Shown here: piece after piece, positions 1-11,916 of the stretch
Numbering within the stretch: the stretch's first letter is position 1
Layout of the letters: each line of letters opens with the position of its first letter
Assembly (NCBI RefSeq): GCF_018350175.1
Contig: NC_058368.1
Span: forward strand, 130,450,001 to 130,514,000
Origin: Felis catus
Lineage: Eukaryota
Direction: 5' to 3'
Length of the DNA stretch: 64,000 nucleotides
Notes under the pieces: model-generated
What the model was told of the DNA's origin: nothing
The model's input: only the letters and a program-made list of their open reading frames with translations
The model's database searches: none
Translations under genes and position numbers: made by a program

Positions 1-229
1 TTGATGTTAGAAAACTCTAGAGGTTATAATGGGGCAGGTTAAGGTGAATTATACCTTTGAGAAATGATTATGAGTGGCTGGTGATTTGAAGGTACAGGTG
101 CCTAATGAAAAGGCCTTACACAGGGGTGTTGATGTCCACACGACAGACTCATACAGCTTCAGGCTGTGACCTGTATGGATAGGGTGAGGCATGTGACCTC
201 AAGACTATTGGGAAACACCATCATGGCTC

Positions 230-410
230 TTTTTCTTTCTTTTCTTTTTTCGTTTTTAAGTTTATTTATTTTGAGAGAGGGAGAGAGAATCCCAAGCAGG
301 CTCCATGCTGTCCTCACAGAGCCTGACACGATCTCAATCCCATGAACTATGAGGTAATCACCTGAGCCAAAATAGTCATTTCCTTAACCTACTAAGCCAC
401 CCAGGTACCC
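230..410 (-). mobile_element. Can-SINE (tRNA-derived carnivore SINE)
   Basis: Poly-T tail, GA-repeat and SINE body ending ...gccacccaggtaccc; flanked by TSD ccatcatggctc (218-229 / 410-421). Confidence 0.9.
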
Positions 411-1040
411 CATCATGGCTCATTTTCATTCTCCTTCCTTTTAGAGCTCTTTCCTGATCTTTCAGAGCATCCCCTTCTTTATGAAAAGATTCCTTTCCAA
501 TATAATATATTGATAACACCAGTGGGTTGTGGATGCTCAGAAAGTTGTTCATTTAATTTTTGTTGATACTGACCTTGTTCCATGAATGTACTTAGCAAAT
601 TCCTTGCAGTAATTGGTGTTTAAAGCAGACTCTCCTCACTTCATATCCACCATAAGACCTCCTAGTATGACCTTGAATCATTTGATCCTTATGCTTCAAC
701 CCTATTAGACTGTTTTTTACCTTTACTTTTATTTCTTTTGCAACTCCCAACCTCCTTCCTCCTTGCTTGCTTTGCTATGCATTTAAAAATATTTTTTCCT
801 GTTATTCAAGTATATTTATTCCCCCCCTTTCTTCTTTTTTCACATCTTAGATGCAAGAATTTGTAAAAATACCAAGAAAAATTTTTTTCTCTCCTATGTA
901 AGAGAGAAACTCACATTGTAAAAGAAAAATGCTGTTGTGCATGCTGGTCAAATCAGATTCTCATTACAAGAGAGGAATGAATGTTTAGGAAAGAGAAAGT
1001 AATTCCCATGTGTGGGAAAATGTGTGTCATGGAAAGGCAA

Positions 1041-1345
1041 TGTGCTAGTTTCCTGAGGCTGCCATAACAAAGTACCAAGATTGGGTGGCTTAAACACAGA
1101 TATTTATTTTCTCACAGTTCTGATGTTAGAAGTCTGACTTTAAGGTGTCCATAGGGTTGGTTTCTTCAGAAATTTCTCTAGTTGGCCTGCAGATGACCAT
1201 CCTGTCCTCCCTGTGTCTTCATGTAGTTCCTCTGTGTGGATCTGTTTACTAATTTCTACTTTCTATAAGGATAAAAGTCCTATTGGACTAGTGTCCACCC
1301 CAATTAACTCATTTAACCTTCATGGCTTGCTTGCTTTCTTTATTT

Positions 1346-1396
<51 letters not shown>

Positions 1397-1676
1397 GAGA
1401 GGGCACAAGTCATGGAGAGAGTGAGAGAGAGAAAGAGAGGGAGAGTGAGAGAGGAGAATCCCAAGCAGGCTCCACACCCAATGGAGCTGGATCCCACAAC
1501 CCGGGATCATGACCTAAGCTGAAGTCAAGAGCCGGATGCTCAACTGACTGAGCCACCCAGGTACCCCTAATGATCTCTTTAAAGACCCTAACGCCAGATA
1601 CAGTCACATTCTGAAGTACTGGGTATTAGGACTGCAACATAGGAATTTCTGGGGGTGACACAATTCAGTCCATTAT
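1041..1676 (-). mobile_element. MaLR LTR (MLT1-like), split by a SINE
   Basis: Typical MLT1 ends: ggctgccataacaaagtacc...ggtggcttaaac...tctcacagttctg and cagtcacattctgaagtactggg...acaattcagtccat. Confidence 0.8.
1345..1567 (-). mobile_element. Can-SINE with (TC)n tract
   Basis: gagaatcccaagcaggctcc...actgagccacccaggtacccc; (TC)n at ~1349-1391. Confidence 0.9.
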
Positions 1677-3033
1677 GAGTCTCAACAAAAATAAAATTTT
1701 TTCGGTGTATGAAATGCGTTATCCACTTTTCCCCAAAGCACATATATGAAGTCATATACACTTATACATTAAATTTTAAAGTTATTTTGTCAGGGCTATG
1801 AGTTTTCAAAGGTTAGCAAGCAGTGTGGGGTGGTAGGTATAAAGATAGTGTTGGGGGGAAGCAGGGATAGGGAATGGAAACATGATTTTGGTGATTTCTC
1901 TGAGAAATACGGTTGTATCAGGAGTCTGACTGAGCGGAACAAAAACATTGGCAAAATGATTTCTGAACATGACTATGACTGCCAACATTGATTTGGCACT
2001 GTGTGATCCCTCAGTACAGACACTGCCACCCCAGTGGGCAAGTGTGTCTATTGTGAGAGGGAAGAGGTGAAGGTCATATTTCTACGTTGGGAAGTTCCTT
2101 TCCTATGAAGAGTTCATAGCGTTTGGTAAGATGAGACACTTTAATTTCTAATACAGACACATTCCAGGTGGCAGTCATCAGTGTGGGCTGCTCTTCCCAG
2201 CAGAGAATGTTGTAATGAAAGGAAAAGAGAGCACAAGTCTCGCTTGAAAGTCTTCTGGTAACACGTTTCTCTGTATATGGTTCCCAGTCACCAGCAGTCC
2301 TTATGCCAGTCAACACTTTGGTTATCTGTAATGACTCATGTTTGATCTTTTCCCTCGAGTGTAGACACATTTCTAAGAGCTACAAAAGTGAGACATGGTG
2401 GAGTCGAGCTTCTCACTCCTAATTATTGCCATTCTTCTAATTTTGCCCCTATCTAGTTAATCTTAGAAGGCAAAGAGGAGGTGGAACACGGTGCAGAACA
2501 GCATGGGCACTTAGTGTCAGAAATGTTTAAATCTTCCTTACACAGGTCACCAATTGAAGATTTGTTTGGATTATTTAATCTTTATATAGCAATGGTTTTA
2601 AAAGGCAGTGGTATTCAACCCTAACTATATATTAGGAGGAGATGTGTGTGCATGTCTATGCACACTGTGGGGGGCTTATCAATATTGATATCAAGGCCTT
2701 ATTCCAGATTATTGAGTTAGAATTGCTGGTGGTAGGACCTGGACATTTGTATTTCAATATTTGGAGAAGGAGAGCAGGGATATTATGAATTGTGAGGGTA
2801 TTAACGTTTCGAGAGCAATTGCTGAGCATGATGGGAAACTCAACAAGCTGCATGCTATTAGTCTGACACTTCGCTGGAGGCATGAAAAATGTAACTCAAA
2901 TGAGGCTGCAGATTACCACTTCCTTAAAACGACAGGTAAATTCAGGTACGTTGTAGAAAACAATATTGTTTGACAATCTGTACAAATACCTTTATAAATT
3001 ACAGTCACCGCTTCTTGGAGTATACTTTGAGGC

Positions 3034-3209
3034 CGGTGGTTCTCATACTTGAGATTGTATCAGAATTGTTTGGAAGGCTCCTGAAAGCCTAGATTGTTGG
3101 CACCTGCCCCCAGAGTGTCCGATTTAGTAGATCTGGAGTGGAGAACAACTTCCCAGGTGATTCTGTGGCTGTTGCTGCTGGTGTTGGCAGCAGACGGTTA
3201 AAAACACTG
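3034..3209. mobile_element. MER5A-like hAT-Charlie DNA transposon relic
   Basis: Starts c(c)ggtggttctca, internal cccccagagt...gatttagtagatctgg, ends aaaacactg (degenerate terminal inverted repeats); a similar relic lies at ~2606-2760. Confidence 0.7.
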
Positions 3210-4009
3210 CTTTCAGGAATAGTTTAGGAGAGGCATGCTTTTCAGTCATATCTGACTGTCCATTGCTTTAGTGAGATACATCTCCTAATATAATAATTAT
3301 GGTCCTTCTTACCATCTGTGAGTTAGGAAATGGTATATATGATGTATAAATTATGTATATATAATATGATTTATGAACATGTTTCATATACATAAACATA
3401 GGGTATTGGGGGCTTCAGACCCGCAAGCCTTCGATGATAAGAAAGGGACCGAGTGCTATTTCCAAAGTCTGTTCGTAAGTCAGTTGTTCAGAGTGTGAGG
3501 TGCTTTTTTCTTTGAAGGATTATTGCCTTGTGCTAGTGTTCAAATTATATGTAACAACTAATTACAGCTTGGTTTTATTACCTTCGATTCTTGATCTTTA
3601 GCAGTGTAAAATTTAATTTTTAGGTAGATTGTTGGAGATTTATCTCTGAGCTTGAGGAGATTTGACCTCTTCTGTCCATAGCCATTTTTTTAAAAGTTAG
3701 ATGCAATTATCTTTGAAATACATTTGTAAGAAATTTGTATGCTCCCTAGTCCCAATTCCACAGTCAAGGCTAAGGAAAACAGCAATATTTGTTTAACTTA
3801 AATTAGAAAGCCTAATATTGATACTGAATATTTGAGAATAGTCACCTACAAGCATGGTTTTGGGAAAAAGGGTTCCAGTTATGACTTCAGTATCTTTCAA
3901 AGTTATTAGTTATTAAAATTTTCCATTGCTTTTGCACCAGTGCTGGATTGTAATAATTTTTAAGTAATTCATCCATTAAGTCTTGGTCATCATCCTGCTT
4001 GTAGTTGAC

Positions 4010-4424
4010 TGTTGCTGAAGGAGGTCATCTAGAGAACAGGACCACTGGTTGGCCTGTGATCTGGACCCAGGCAAACATTCTCTCCACCTTGTGGGGATGT
4101 CCATTCTGCCCACTGTTTTCACAGCATGAGGCAGGTTCAAGCATGTAGTCATGAGCATAATATGTTATTGAGACCACTTGGATCGAATATGTGAGCAAAC
4201 CCAATTAAGGCCTCTATATAAGCTTCTAAGATTGTGGTGGGTGGGTGTAAAGATCTGTTCCTCTTGCAGCATCCAAAGAGAGCCTGGTATATAAGTTCTT
4301 TGCTTAGTAAAATTTCCATCTTCTGTTCTGAAGTGGCTTCTTCCTTTTTACTCTCTCTTTGCCTTTTATGTGTAGGGGTCAGTTTCAAATTTACCCAGAA
4401 AGCTTCCCAGGGTGTGACCCAAAG
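4010..4424 (+). repeat. 5' LTR of the provirus
   Basis: Starts TGTTG...ggaggtcat. Colinear with 18025-18445: atgtgagcaaacccaattaaggcctct (4189) vs atgtgactaaacccagtgaaggcctct (18208), 23/27 matches; ends agggtgtgacccaa vs agggtgcgacccaa. Confidence 0.85.
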
Positions 4425-4426
4425 GT

Positions 4427-4444
4427 TGGCACGCCAGCCAGGAG
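4427..4444 (+). promoter_or_regulatory. Primer binding site complementary to tRNA-Arg(ACG)
   Basis: TGGCACGCCAGCCAGGAG, 2 nt after the LTR; 16/18 match to the complement of the tRNA-Arg(ACG) 3' end as I recall it (TGGCGAGCCAGCCAGGAG). Confidence 0.8.
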
Positions 4445-4499
4445 ATCTGAGGAAACGGTTTTGTAAAAGAGGCATGTGCACAGGAAACCTTCAGTTGGC

Positions 4500-5480
4500 C
4501 ATCAACTATGTGTGGGGAGAGGTGGCTCGTGTGTTAGATGCTTGTGGACTTCTGTGTGAATATAGTGACAAAGAGGAGGATGTTGTGGTGCATGAGAGTG
4601 ATTCAGATAAAATACCTAATGTGTTCAACCCCTAATAGTGGGAAAAACGAAAGCAAAGCAGCAACCCCAGCCCTCAGGCCAGCCCCCAGTTCAGGAAATG
4701 TTCGTCATGAGAGTATATATCCACTGAGTTTAATGATAGAGCTGCCAAGTTCTAGCAAAAGGCCAGGAGAAATATCCAGATATGGTTTGTGTGGCTATCG
4801 GATGGAAGTTGGGAGGGGCTGGTTGATGGCATTCTCTGACTAGACAAGAGGCAGAGAAAATGGGCAATAACACCACACACTCTTCTCTCCAGTAACACCT
4901 GCCTGGTGTTTGGGGGATTTAAGGAACTCACTTCCTTATAGATTGAATTATTCTTTTTTGCAGGTACACTTGAACCAATGAGGGGGTTCTTCCCGGGCAT
5001 ATGCAACACCAGAAATCTATATAGGAGGTAATATAAATTCTTAGGAAGTAGTTGAGAAGGAGACACGCCATATATGTGCCTGTCTTTGAAGCACATTCAC
5101 TGCAGAAATGAAAGCTAAGATTATAGAGGCACCTGGTATGGGATACTGATAATGCAGCCTGAGCCCAATCATGAGATATAGGATGTCAGGTGATGAATTG
5201 CTGATGTAGGGAAAACTGACAGATATGAACAATGAGTATGGGATATTGGAAAGACCCGAGACAGAATAAGAACTCAAAGCCAAAAGAACATCTCAGTCAG
5301 CTGTTAAAGGTCCAGTAAAAGTAACCCAGAAATAAATGTTGTTTGACCTCATGCGTCTGGGACTACATCTACCATCCCTGATGCTCCAGTAGCATCCGCA
5401 AGGATACATTCCTATTCAGGGTGGGTGATTCCCAAGCCCCAGATAGAGGATGAAAGCCAAGATTTCCTACAAGTGAGGGC
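4500..5480 (+). pseudogene. gag: ERV gag remnant
   Basis: Lies between PBS and protease; fragmentary class III-like peptides (YVWGEVARVLDACG, VGRGWLM); many stops and frameshifts. Confidence 0.55.
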
Positions 5481-5499
5481 CTTTTGAGTTCTTCACTAG

Positions 5500-5790
5500 T
5501 CTTCGAGAAATAAAAGTGAGGCCTTTGTTTGATGATGCAGCTGATTGTACTCTAATGTATGGTAGCCCTAAGAAATTTTCTGGGCCCCTCAATGCCGTTG
5601 GTGATTATGGAGAATATAGTGTTAGCTTCAAGAATGTCCATTTGACACTGAAAATTGGAAGTCTGCACCTCTAAGAATTAGGTTTTTCTCTTTTTAATAC
5701 CAGGTAGCATATTGGGCATTGATATTCCTACAAAATCCCACTGTATAAATCTCTATGAATTCTCCCTCCAGGTTAGATTAACCCAACCGG
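5500..5790 (+). pseudogene. pro: ERV aspartic protease remnant
   Basis: ttgtttgatgatgcagctgattgtactctaatgtatggtagccct = LFDDAADCTLMYGSP, a decayed LVDTGAxCTLIxGxP class III active-site motif. Confidence 0.7.
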
Positions 5791-5882
5791 TGCTGATAGG
5801 AAAGCCACACTAGTAACCCATAAGTCAACTACCCTGACTAAAGTAGGTAACTGTTCTGTAATTCAAGTTATCTGGGGACATT

Positions 5883-5972
5883 AAAGAAAAACAAACAAAA
5901 ACAAAAACCCAAAAAACGAAATGAAAAAAAAACAAAAATAAAACACCACCACCACCAACAACAACAAAAAAA
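5883..5972 (+). repeat. A-rich / (CAA,CAC)n low-complexity tract inside ERV pol
   Basis: aaagaaaaacaaacaaaaac...caccaccaccaccaacaacaacaaaaaaa. Confidence 0.7.
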
Positions 5973-5979
5973 CATGGGT

Positions 5980-6896
5980 AAGAACTGCATTGAGGTGGGT
6001 ATCCATAGCAGTTTTAACAGGCTGGTATGCTCAATGAAACCAGATAGGTTGTGGCAGATGATGACATCGGACTACCGAGAACTGAACAAGATTGTGCCCC
6101 CATCCGTGTGGCTGTGCCCAACATGACCACCATCTTACATAGTTACTTACATAATGATGACTCACAAACTTAACTGGCCTTCATGTGACAGGAACAACAG
6201 TAGACCTTTGAAATGCTTCCTCCAGTCTATCTGCATAGCCCCTTAATCTGTCGTGGGATGGTAATCTAAGATCTGTCCCTATATCAGTATAATGGGCCCA
6301 TTACACTGGTGATAAATTAGCGTGTGAAAACTGGTTCTGGTACAGGATGTGCTGTAGTTTCTGTGTGCGCAACAAGATAGATGGTAAACACATAGAAAAT
6401 TTGAGGCCCAGGTACTTCCCTTAAGTCTTTGAGAGTCATCTGTTTGTGTGAGATACATAATGTCATACAGGCTATGATTGATGAAATGCAAGCCTATCCA
6501 GCTCCTAAGAACATGAAACAGATGGATACCTTGGTGAGGGTTTTCGGGGACTTTTAATTCCTACTTGGCACAGTGTCTCCATTCCTTAGACTGCCTGCTA
6601 AAAAAAAAAGGACACATAAAGGACTGGGGTCAGAGCAGCAAGCTGCCTCTGAGAAGATAAAGTATTAGTGAAGGAGATTAAAGCTCTGGGCAACTCCCAA
6701 GAAAGGCTACCATTGGAATTTGATATGGGTTGGGTACTGTAGCAGGAACAACAAGAGAGAGGACTCCTAGGATTTTGGTCCCAGCTTGGGAATGTGTCAG
6801 AAACCTGGTAAATTCACTATAAAGCAACAGCTCTTAGCAGTATACACAGTGCTTCTCCAGGTAGATCCTGTCATGAAGGAACAGCATACTATAGCA
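5980..6896 (+). pseudogene. pol: ERV pol: reverse transcriptase and connection remnant
   Basis: KPDRLWQMMTSDYRELNKIVP (class III WRMTVDYRxLN type), TFEMLPPVYLHSPLIC (LPQGY motif), KI*GPGTSLK, LGFWSQL, QQLLAVY; cut by the L1 at 6897. Confidence 0.88.
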
Positions 6897-7146
6897 GGAA
6901 GTCTGCTTCTTTTTTTTTTTTATATATATAAAATTTATTGACAAATTGGTTTCCGTATAACACCCAGTGCTCATCCCAAAAGGTGCCCTCCTCAATACCC
7001 ATCACCCACCCTCTCCTCCCTCCCACCCCCCATCAACCCTCAGTTTGTTCTCAGTTTTTAACAGTCTCTTATGCTTTGGCTCTCTCCCACTCTAACCTCT
7101 TTTTTTTTTTTTCCTTCCCCTCCCCCATGGGTTCCTGTTAAGTTTC

Positions 7147-10100
7147 TCAGGATCCACATAAGAGTGAAACCATATGGTATCTCTCTTTCTCTGTATGGCT
7201 TATTTCACTTAGCATCACACTCTCCAGTTCCATCCACGTTGCTACAAAAGGCCATATTTCATTTTTTCTCATTGCCATGTAGTATTCCATTGTGTATATA
7301 AACCACAATTTCTTTATCCATTCATCAGTTGATGGACATTTAGGCTCTTTCCATAATTTGGCTATTGTTGAGAGTGCTGCTATGAACATTGGGGTACAAG
7401 TGCCCCTATGCATCAGTACTCCTGTATCCCTTGGATAAATTCCTAGCAGTGCTACTGCTGGGTCATAGGGTAGGTCTATTTTTAATTTTCTGAGGAACCT
7501 CCACACTGCTTTCCAGAGCGGCTGCACCAATTTGCATTCCCACCAACAGTGCAAGAGGGTTCCCGTTTTCTCCACATCCTCTCCAGCATCTATAGTCTCC
7601 TGATTTGTTCATTTTGGCCACTCTGACTGGCGTGAGGTGATACCTGAGTGTGGTTTTGATTTGTATTTCCCTGATAAGGAGCGACGCTGAACATCTTTTC
7701 ATGTGCCTGTTGGCCATCCGGATGTCTTCTTTAGAGAAGTGTCTATTCATGGTTTCTGCCCATTTCTTCACTGGGTTATTTGTTTTTCGGGTGTGGAGTT
7801 TGGTGAGCTCTTTATAGATTTTGGATACTAGCCCTTTGTCCGATATGTCATTTGCGAATATCTTTTCCCATTCCGTTGGTTGCCTTTTAGTTTTGTTGGT
7901 TGTTTCCTTTGCTGTGCAGAAGCTTTTTATCTTCATAAGGTCCCAGTAATTCACTTTTGCTTTTAATTCCCTTGCCTTTGGGGATGTATCGAGTAAGAGA
8001 TTGCTACGGCTGAGGTCAGAGAGGTCTTTTCCTGCTTTCTCCTCTAGGGTTTTGATGGTTTCCTGTCTCACATTTAGGTCCTTTATCCATTTTGAGTTTA
8101 TTTTTGTGAATGGTGTGAGAAAGTGGTCTAGTTTCAATCTTCTGCATGTTGCTGTCCAGTTCTCCCAGCACCATTTGTTAAAGAGGCTGTCTTTTTTCCA
8201 TTGGATGTTCTTTCCTGCTTTGTCAAAGATGAGTTGGCCATACGTTTGTGGGTCTAGTTCTGGGGTTTCTATTCTATTCCATTGGTCTATGTGTCTGTTT
8301 TTGTGCCAATACCATGCTGTCTTGATGATGACAGCTTTGTAGTAGAGGCTAAAGTCTGGGATTGTGATGCCTCCTGCTTTGGTCTTCTTCAAAATTCCTT
8401 TGGCTATTCGGGGCCTTTTGTGGTTCCATATGAATTTTAGGATTGCTTGCTCTAGTTTCGAGAAGAATGCTGGTGCAATTTTGATTGGGATTGCATTGAA
8501 TGTGTAGATAGCTTTGGGTAGTATTGACATTTTGACAATATTTATTCTTCCAATCCATGAGCAGGGAATGTCTTTCCATTTCTTTAAATCTTCTTCAATT
8601 TCCTTCATAAGCTTTCTATAGTTTTCAGCATACAGATCCTTTACATCTTTGGTTAGATTTATTCCTAGGTATTTTATGCTTCTTGGTGCAATTGTGAATG
8701 GGATCAGTTTCTTTATTTGTCTTTCTGTTGCTTCATTGTTAGTGTATAAGAATGCAACTGATTTCTGTACATTGATTTTGTATCCTGCAACTTTGCTGAA
8801 TTCCTGTATCAGTTCTAGCAGACTTTTGGTGGAGTCTATCGGATTTTCCATGTATAATATCATGTCATCTGCAAAAAGCAAAAGCTTGACTTCATCTTTG
8901 CCAATTTTGATGCCTTTGATCTCCTTTTGTTGTCTGATTGCTGATGCTAGAACTTCCAGCATTATGTTAAACAACAGTGGTGAGAGTGGGCATCCCTGTC
9001 GTGTTCCTGATATCAGGGAAAAAGCTCTCAGTTTTTCCCCGTTGAGGATGATGTTAGCTGTGGGCTTTTCATAAATGGCTTTTATGATCTTTAAGTATGT
9101 TCCTTCTATCCCGACTTTCTCAAGGGTTTTTATTAAGAAAGGGTGCTGGATTTTGTCAAAGGCCTTTTCTGCATCGATTGACAGGATCATATGGTTCTTC
9201 TCTTTTTTTTTTTTGTTAATGTGATGTATCACGTTGATTGATTTGTGAATGTTGAACCAGCCCTGCATCCCAGGAATGAATCCCACTTGATCATGGTGAA
9301 TAATTCTTTTTATATGCCGTTGAATTTGATTTGCTAGTATCTTATTGAGAATTTTTGCATCCATATTCATCAGGGATATTGGCCTGTAGTTCTCTTTTTT
9401 TACTGGGTCTCTGTCTGGTTTAGGAATCAAAGTAATACTGGCTTCATAGAATGAGTCTGGGAGTTTTCCTTCCCTTTCTATTTCTTGGAATAGCTTGAGA
9501 AGGATAGGTATTATCTCTGCTTTAAACGTCTGGTAGAACTCCCCTGGGAAGCCATCTGGTCCTGGACTCTTATTTGTTGGGAGATTTTTGATAACCGATT
9601 CAATTTCTTCGCTGGTTATGGGTCTGTTCAAGCTTTCTATTTCCTCCTGATTGAGTTTTGGAAGAGTGTGGGTGTTCAGGAATTTGTCCATTTCTTCCAG
9701 GTTGTCCAATTTGTTGGCATATAATTTTTCATAGTATTCCCTGATAATTGTTTGTATCTCTGAAGGATTGGTTGTAATAATTCCATTTTCATTCATGATT
9801 TTATCTATTTGGGTCATTTCCCTTTTCTTTTTGAGAAGCCTGGCTAGAGGTTTGTCAATTTTGTTTATTTTTTCAAAAAACCAACTCTTGGTTTCGTTGA
9901 TCTGCTCTACAGTTTTTTTAGATTCTATATTGTTTATTTCTGCTCTGATCTTTATTATTTCTCTTCTTCTGCTGGGTTTAGGCTGCCTTTGCTGTTCTGC
10001 TTCTAGTTCCTTTAGGTGTGCTGTTAGATTTTGTATTTGGGATTTTTCTTGTTTCTTGAGATAGGCCTGGATTGCAATGTATTTTCCTCTCAGGACTGCC

Positions 10101-10972
10101 TTCGCTGCGTCCCAAAGCGTTTGGATTGTTGTATTTTCATTTTCGTTTGTTTCCATATATTTTTTAATTTCTTCTCTAATTGCCTGGTTGACCCACTCAT
10201 TCGTTAGTAGGGTGTTCTTTAACCTCCATGCTTTTGGAGGTTTTCCAGACTTTTTTCTGTGGTTGATTTCAAGCTTCATAGCATTGTGGTCTGAAAGTAT
10301 GCATGGTATAATTTCAATTCTTGTAAACTTATGAAGGGCTGTTTTGTGACCCAGTATATGATCTATCTTGGAGAATGTTCCATGTGCACTCGAGAAGAAA
10401 GTGTATTCTGTTGCTTTGGGATGTAGAGTTCTAAATATATCTGTCAAGTCCATCTGATCCAATGTCTCATTCAGGGCCCTTGTTTCTTTATTGACCGTGT
10501 GTCTAGATGATCTGTCCATTTCTGTAAGTGGGGTGTTAAAGTCCCCTGCAATTACCACATTCTTATCAATAAGGTTGCTTATGTTTATGAGTAATTGTTT
10601 TATATATTTGGGGGCTCCGGTATTCGGCACATAGACATTTATAATTGTTAGCTCTTCCTGATGGATAGACCCTGTAACTATTATATAATGTCCTTCTTCA
10701 TCTCTTGTTACAGCCTTTAATTTAAAGTCTAGTTTGTCTGATATAAGTATGGCTACTCCAGCTTTCTTTTGGCTTCCAGTAGCATGATAAATAATTCTCC
10801 ATCCCCTCACTCTCAATCTAAAGGTGTCCTCAGGTCTAAAATGAGTCTCTTGTAGACAGCAAATAGATGGGTCTTGTTTTTTTATCCATTCTGATACCCT
10901 ATGTCTTTTGGTTGGTGCGTTTAATCCATTTACATTCAGTGTTATTATAGAAAGATACGGGTTTAGAGTCAT
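7147..10972 (-). pseudogene. ORF2: L1 ORF2p (endonuclease-RT-CCHC) with a single +1 frameshift near the C-terminus
   Basis: ATG at 10972 ([16 protein letters not shown]); LQETH, GDFN, SDH and FADD motifs intact; frame shifts at 7566-7569 and the native C-terminus ([18 protein letters not shown]...) continues in ORF 7147..7575. Confidence 0.95.
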
Positions 10973-11022
10973 TGCGATGTCTGTATGTTTTATGCTTGTA
11001 GTGATGTCTCTGGGACTTTGTC

Positions 11023-11916
11023 TCACAGGGTCCCCCTTAGGATCTCTTGTAGGGCTGGTTTAGTGGTGACAAATTCCTTCAGTTTTTGTTTGTTTGGGAA
11101 GACCTTTATCTCTCCTTCTATTCTAAATGACAGACTTGCTGGATAAAGGATTCTCGGCTGCATATTTTTTCTGTCTAGCACCCTGAAAATCTCGTGCCAA
11201 TTCTTTCTGGCCTGCCAAGTTTCAAAAGAGAGATCAGTCACGAGTCTTATAGGTCTCCCTTTATATGTGAGGGCACGTTTACCCCTTGCTGCTTTCAGAA
11301 TTTTCTCTTTATCCTTGTATTTTGCCAGTTTCACTATGATATGTTGTGCAGAAGATCGATTCAAGTTACGTCTGAAGGGAGTTCTCTGTGCCTCTTGGAT
11401 TTCAATGCCTTTTTCCTTCCCCAGTTCAGGGAAGTTCTTAGCTATTCTTTCTTCAAGTACCCCTTCATCACCTTTCCCTCTCTCTTCCTCCTCTGGGATA
11501 CCAATTATGCGTATATTATTTCTTTTTAGTGTATCACTTAGTTCTCTAAATTTCCCCTCGTACTCCTGGATTTTTTTATCTCTCTTTTTCTCAGCTTCCT
11601 CTTTTTCCATAACTTTATCTTCTAGTTCACCTATTCTCTCCTCTGCCTCTTCAAGCCGAGCTGTGGTGGTTTCCATTTTGTTATGCATTTCGTTTAAAGC
11701 GTTTTTCAGCTCCTCGTGACTGTTCCTTAGTCCCTTGATCTCTGTAGCAAGAGATTCTCTGCTGTCCTGTATACTGTTTTCAAGCCCAGCGATTAATTTT
11801 ATGACTATTATTCTAAATTCACTTTCTGTTATATTATTTAAATCCTTTTTGATCAGCTCATCAGCTGTTGTTATTTCCTGGAGATTCTTCTGAGGGGAAT
11901 TCTTCCGCTTGGTCAT
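11023..11916 (-). CDS. ORF1: L1 ORF1p (297 aa RNA-binding chaperone), open
   Basis: ATG at 11916 (MTKRKNSPQ...); coiled coil, [24 protein letters not shown], ends LQEILRGTL. The ORF track starts at an upstream GTG. Confidence 0.95.
   Translation of the reverse strand: MTKRKNSPQKNLQEITTADELIKKDLNNITESEFRIIVIKLIAGLENSIQDSRESLATEIKGLRNSHEELKNALNEMHNKMETTTARLEEAEERIGELEDKVMEKEEAEKKRDKKIQEYEGKFRELSDTLKRNNIRIIGIPEEEERGKGDEGVLEERIAKNFPELGKEKGIEIQEAQRTPFRRNLNRSSAQHIIVKLAKYKDKEKILKAARGKRALTYKGRPIRLVTDLSFETWQARKNWHEIFRVLDRKNMQPRILYPASLSFRIEGEIKVFPNKQKLKEFVTTKPALQEILRGTL

Noticed and set aside
1213..1607. ORFs with SLSLSL / ERERER runs (also at 30716-31018, 33905-34150 and 37629-37842)
   Set aside because: Translations of SINE (TC)n/(GA)n tracts and microsatellites
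7463..11026. 1187-aa ORF as a complete ORF2 overlapping ORF1
   Set aside because: The track starts at a GTG overlapping the ORF1 stop; the canonical ATG is at 10972, and the last ~35 residues are out of frame after the frameshift
8001..11719. Plus-strand ORFs opposite L1 ORF1/ORF2
   Set aside because: Antisense shadows of L1 coding sequence with no recognisable domains
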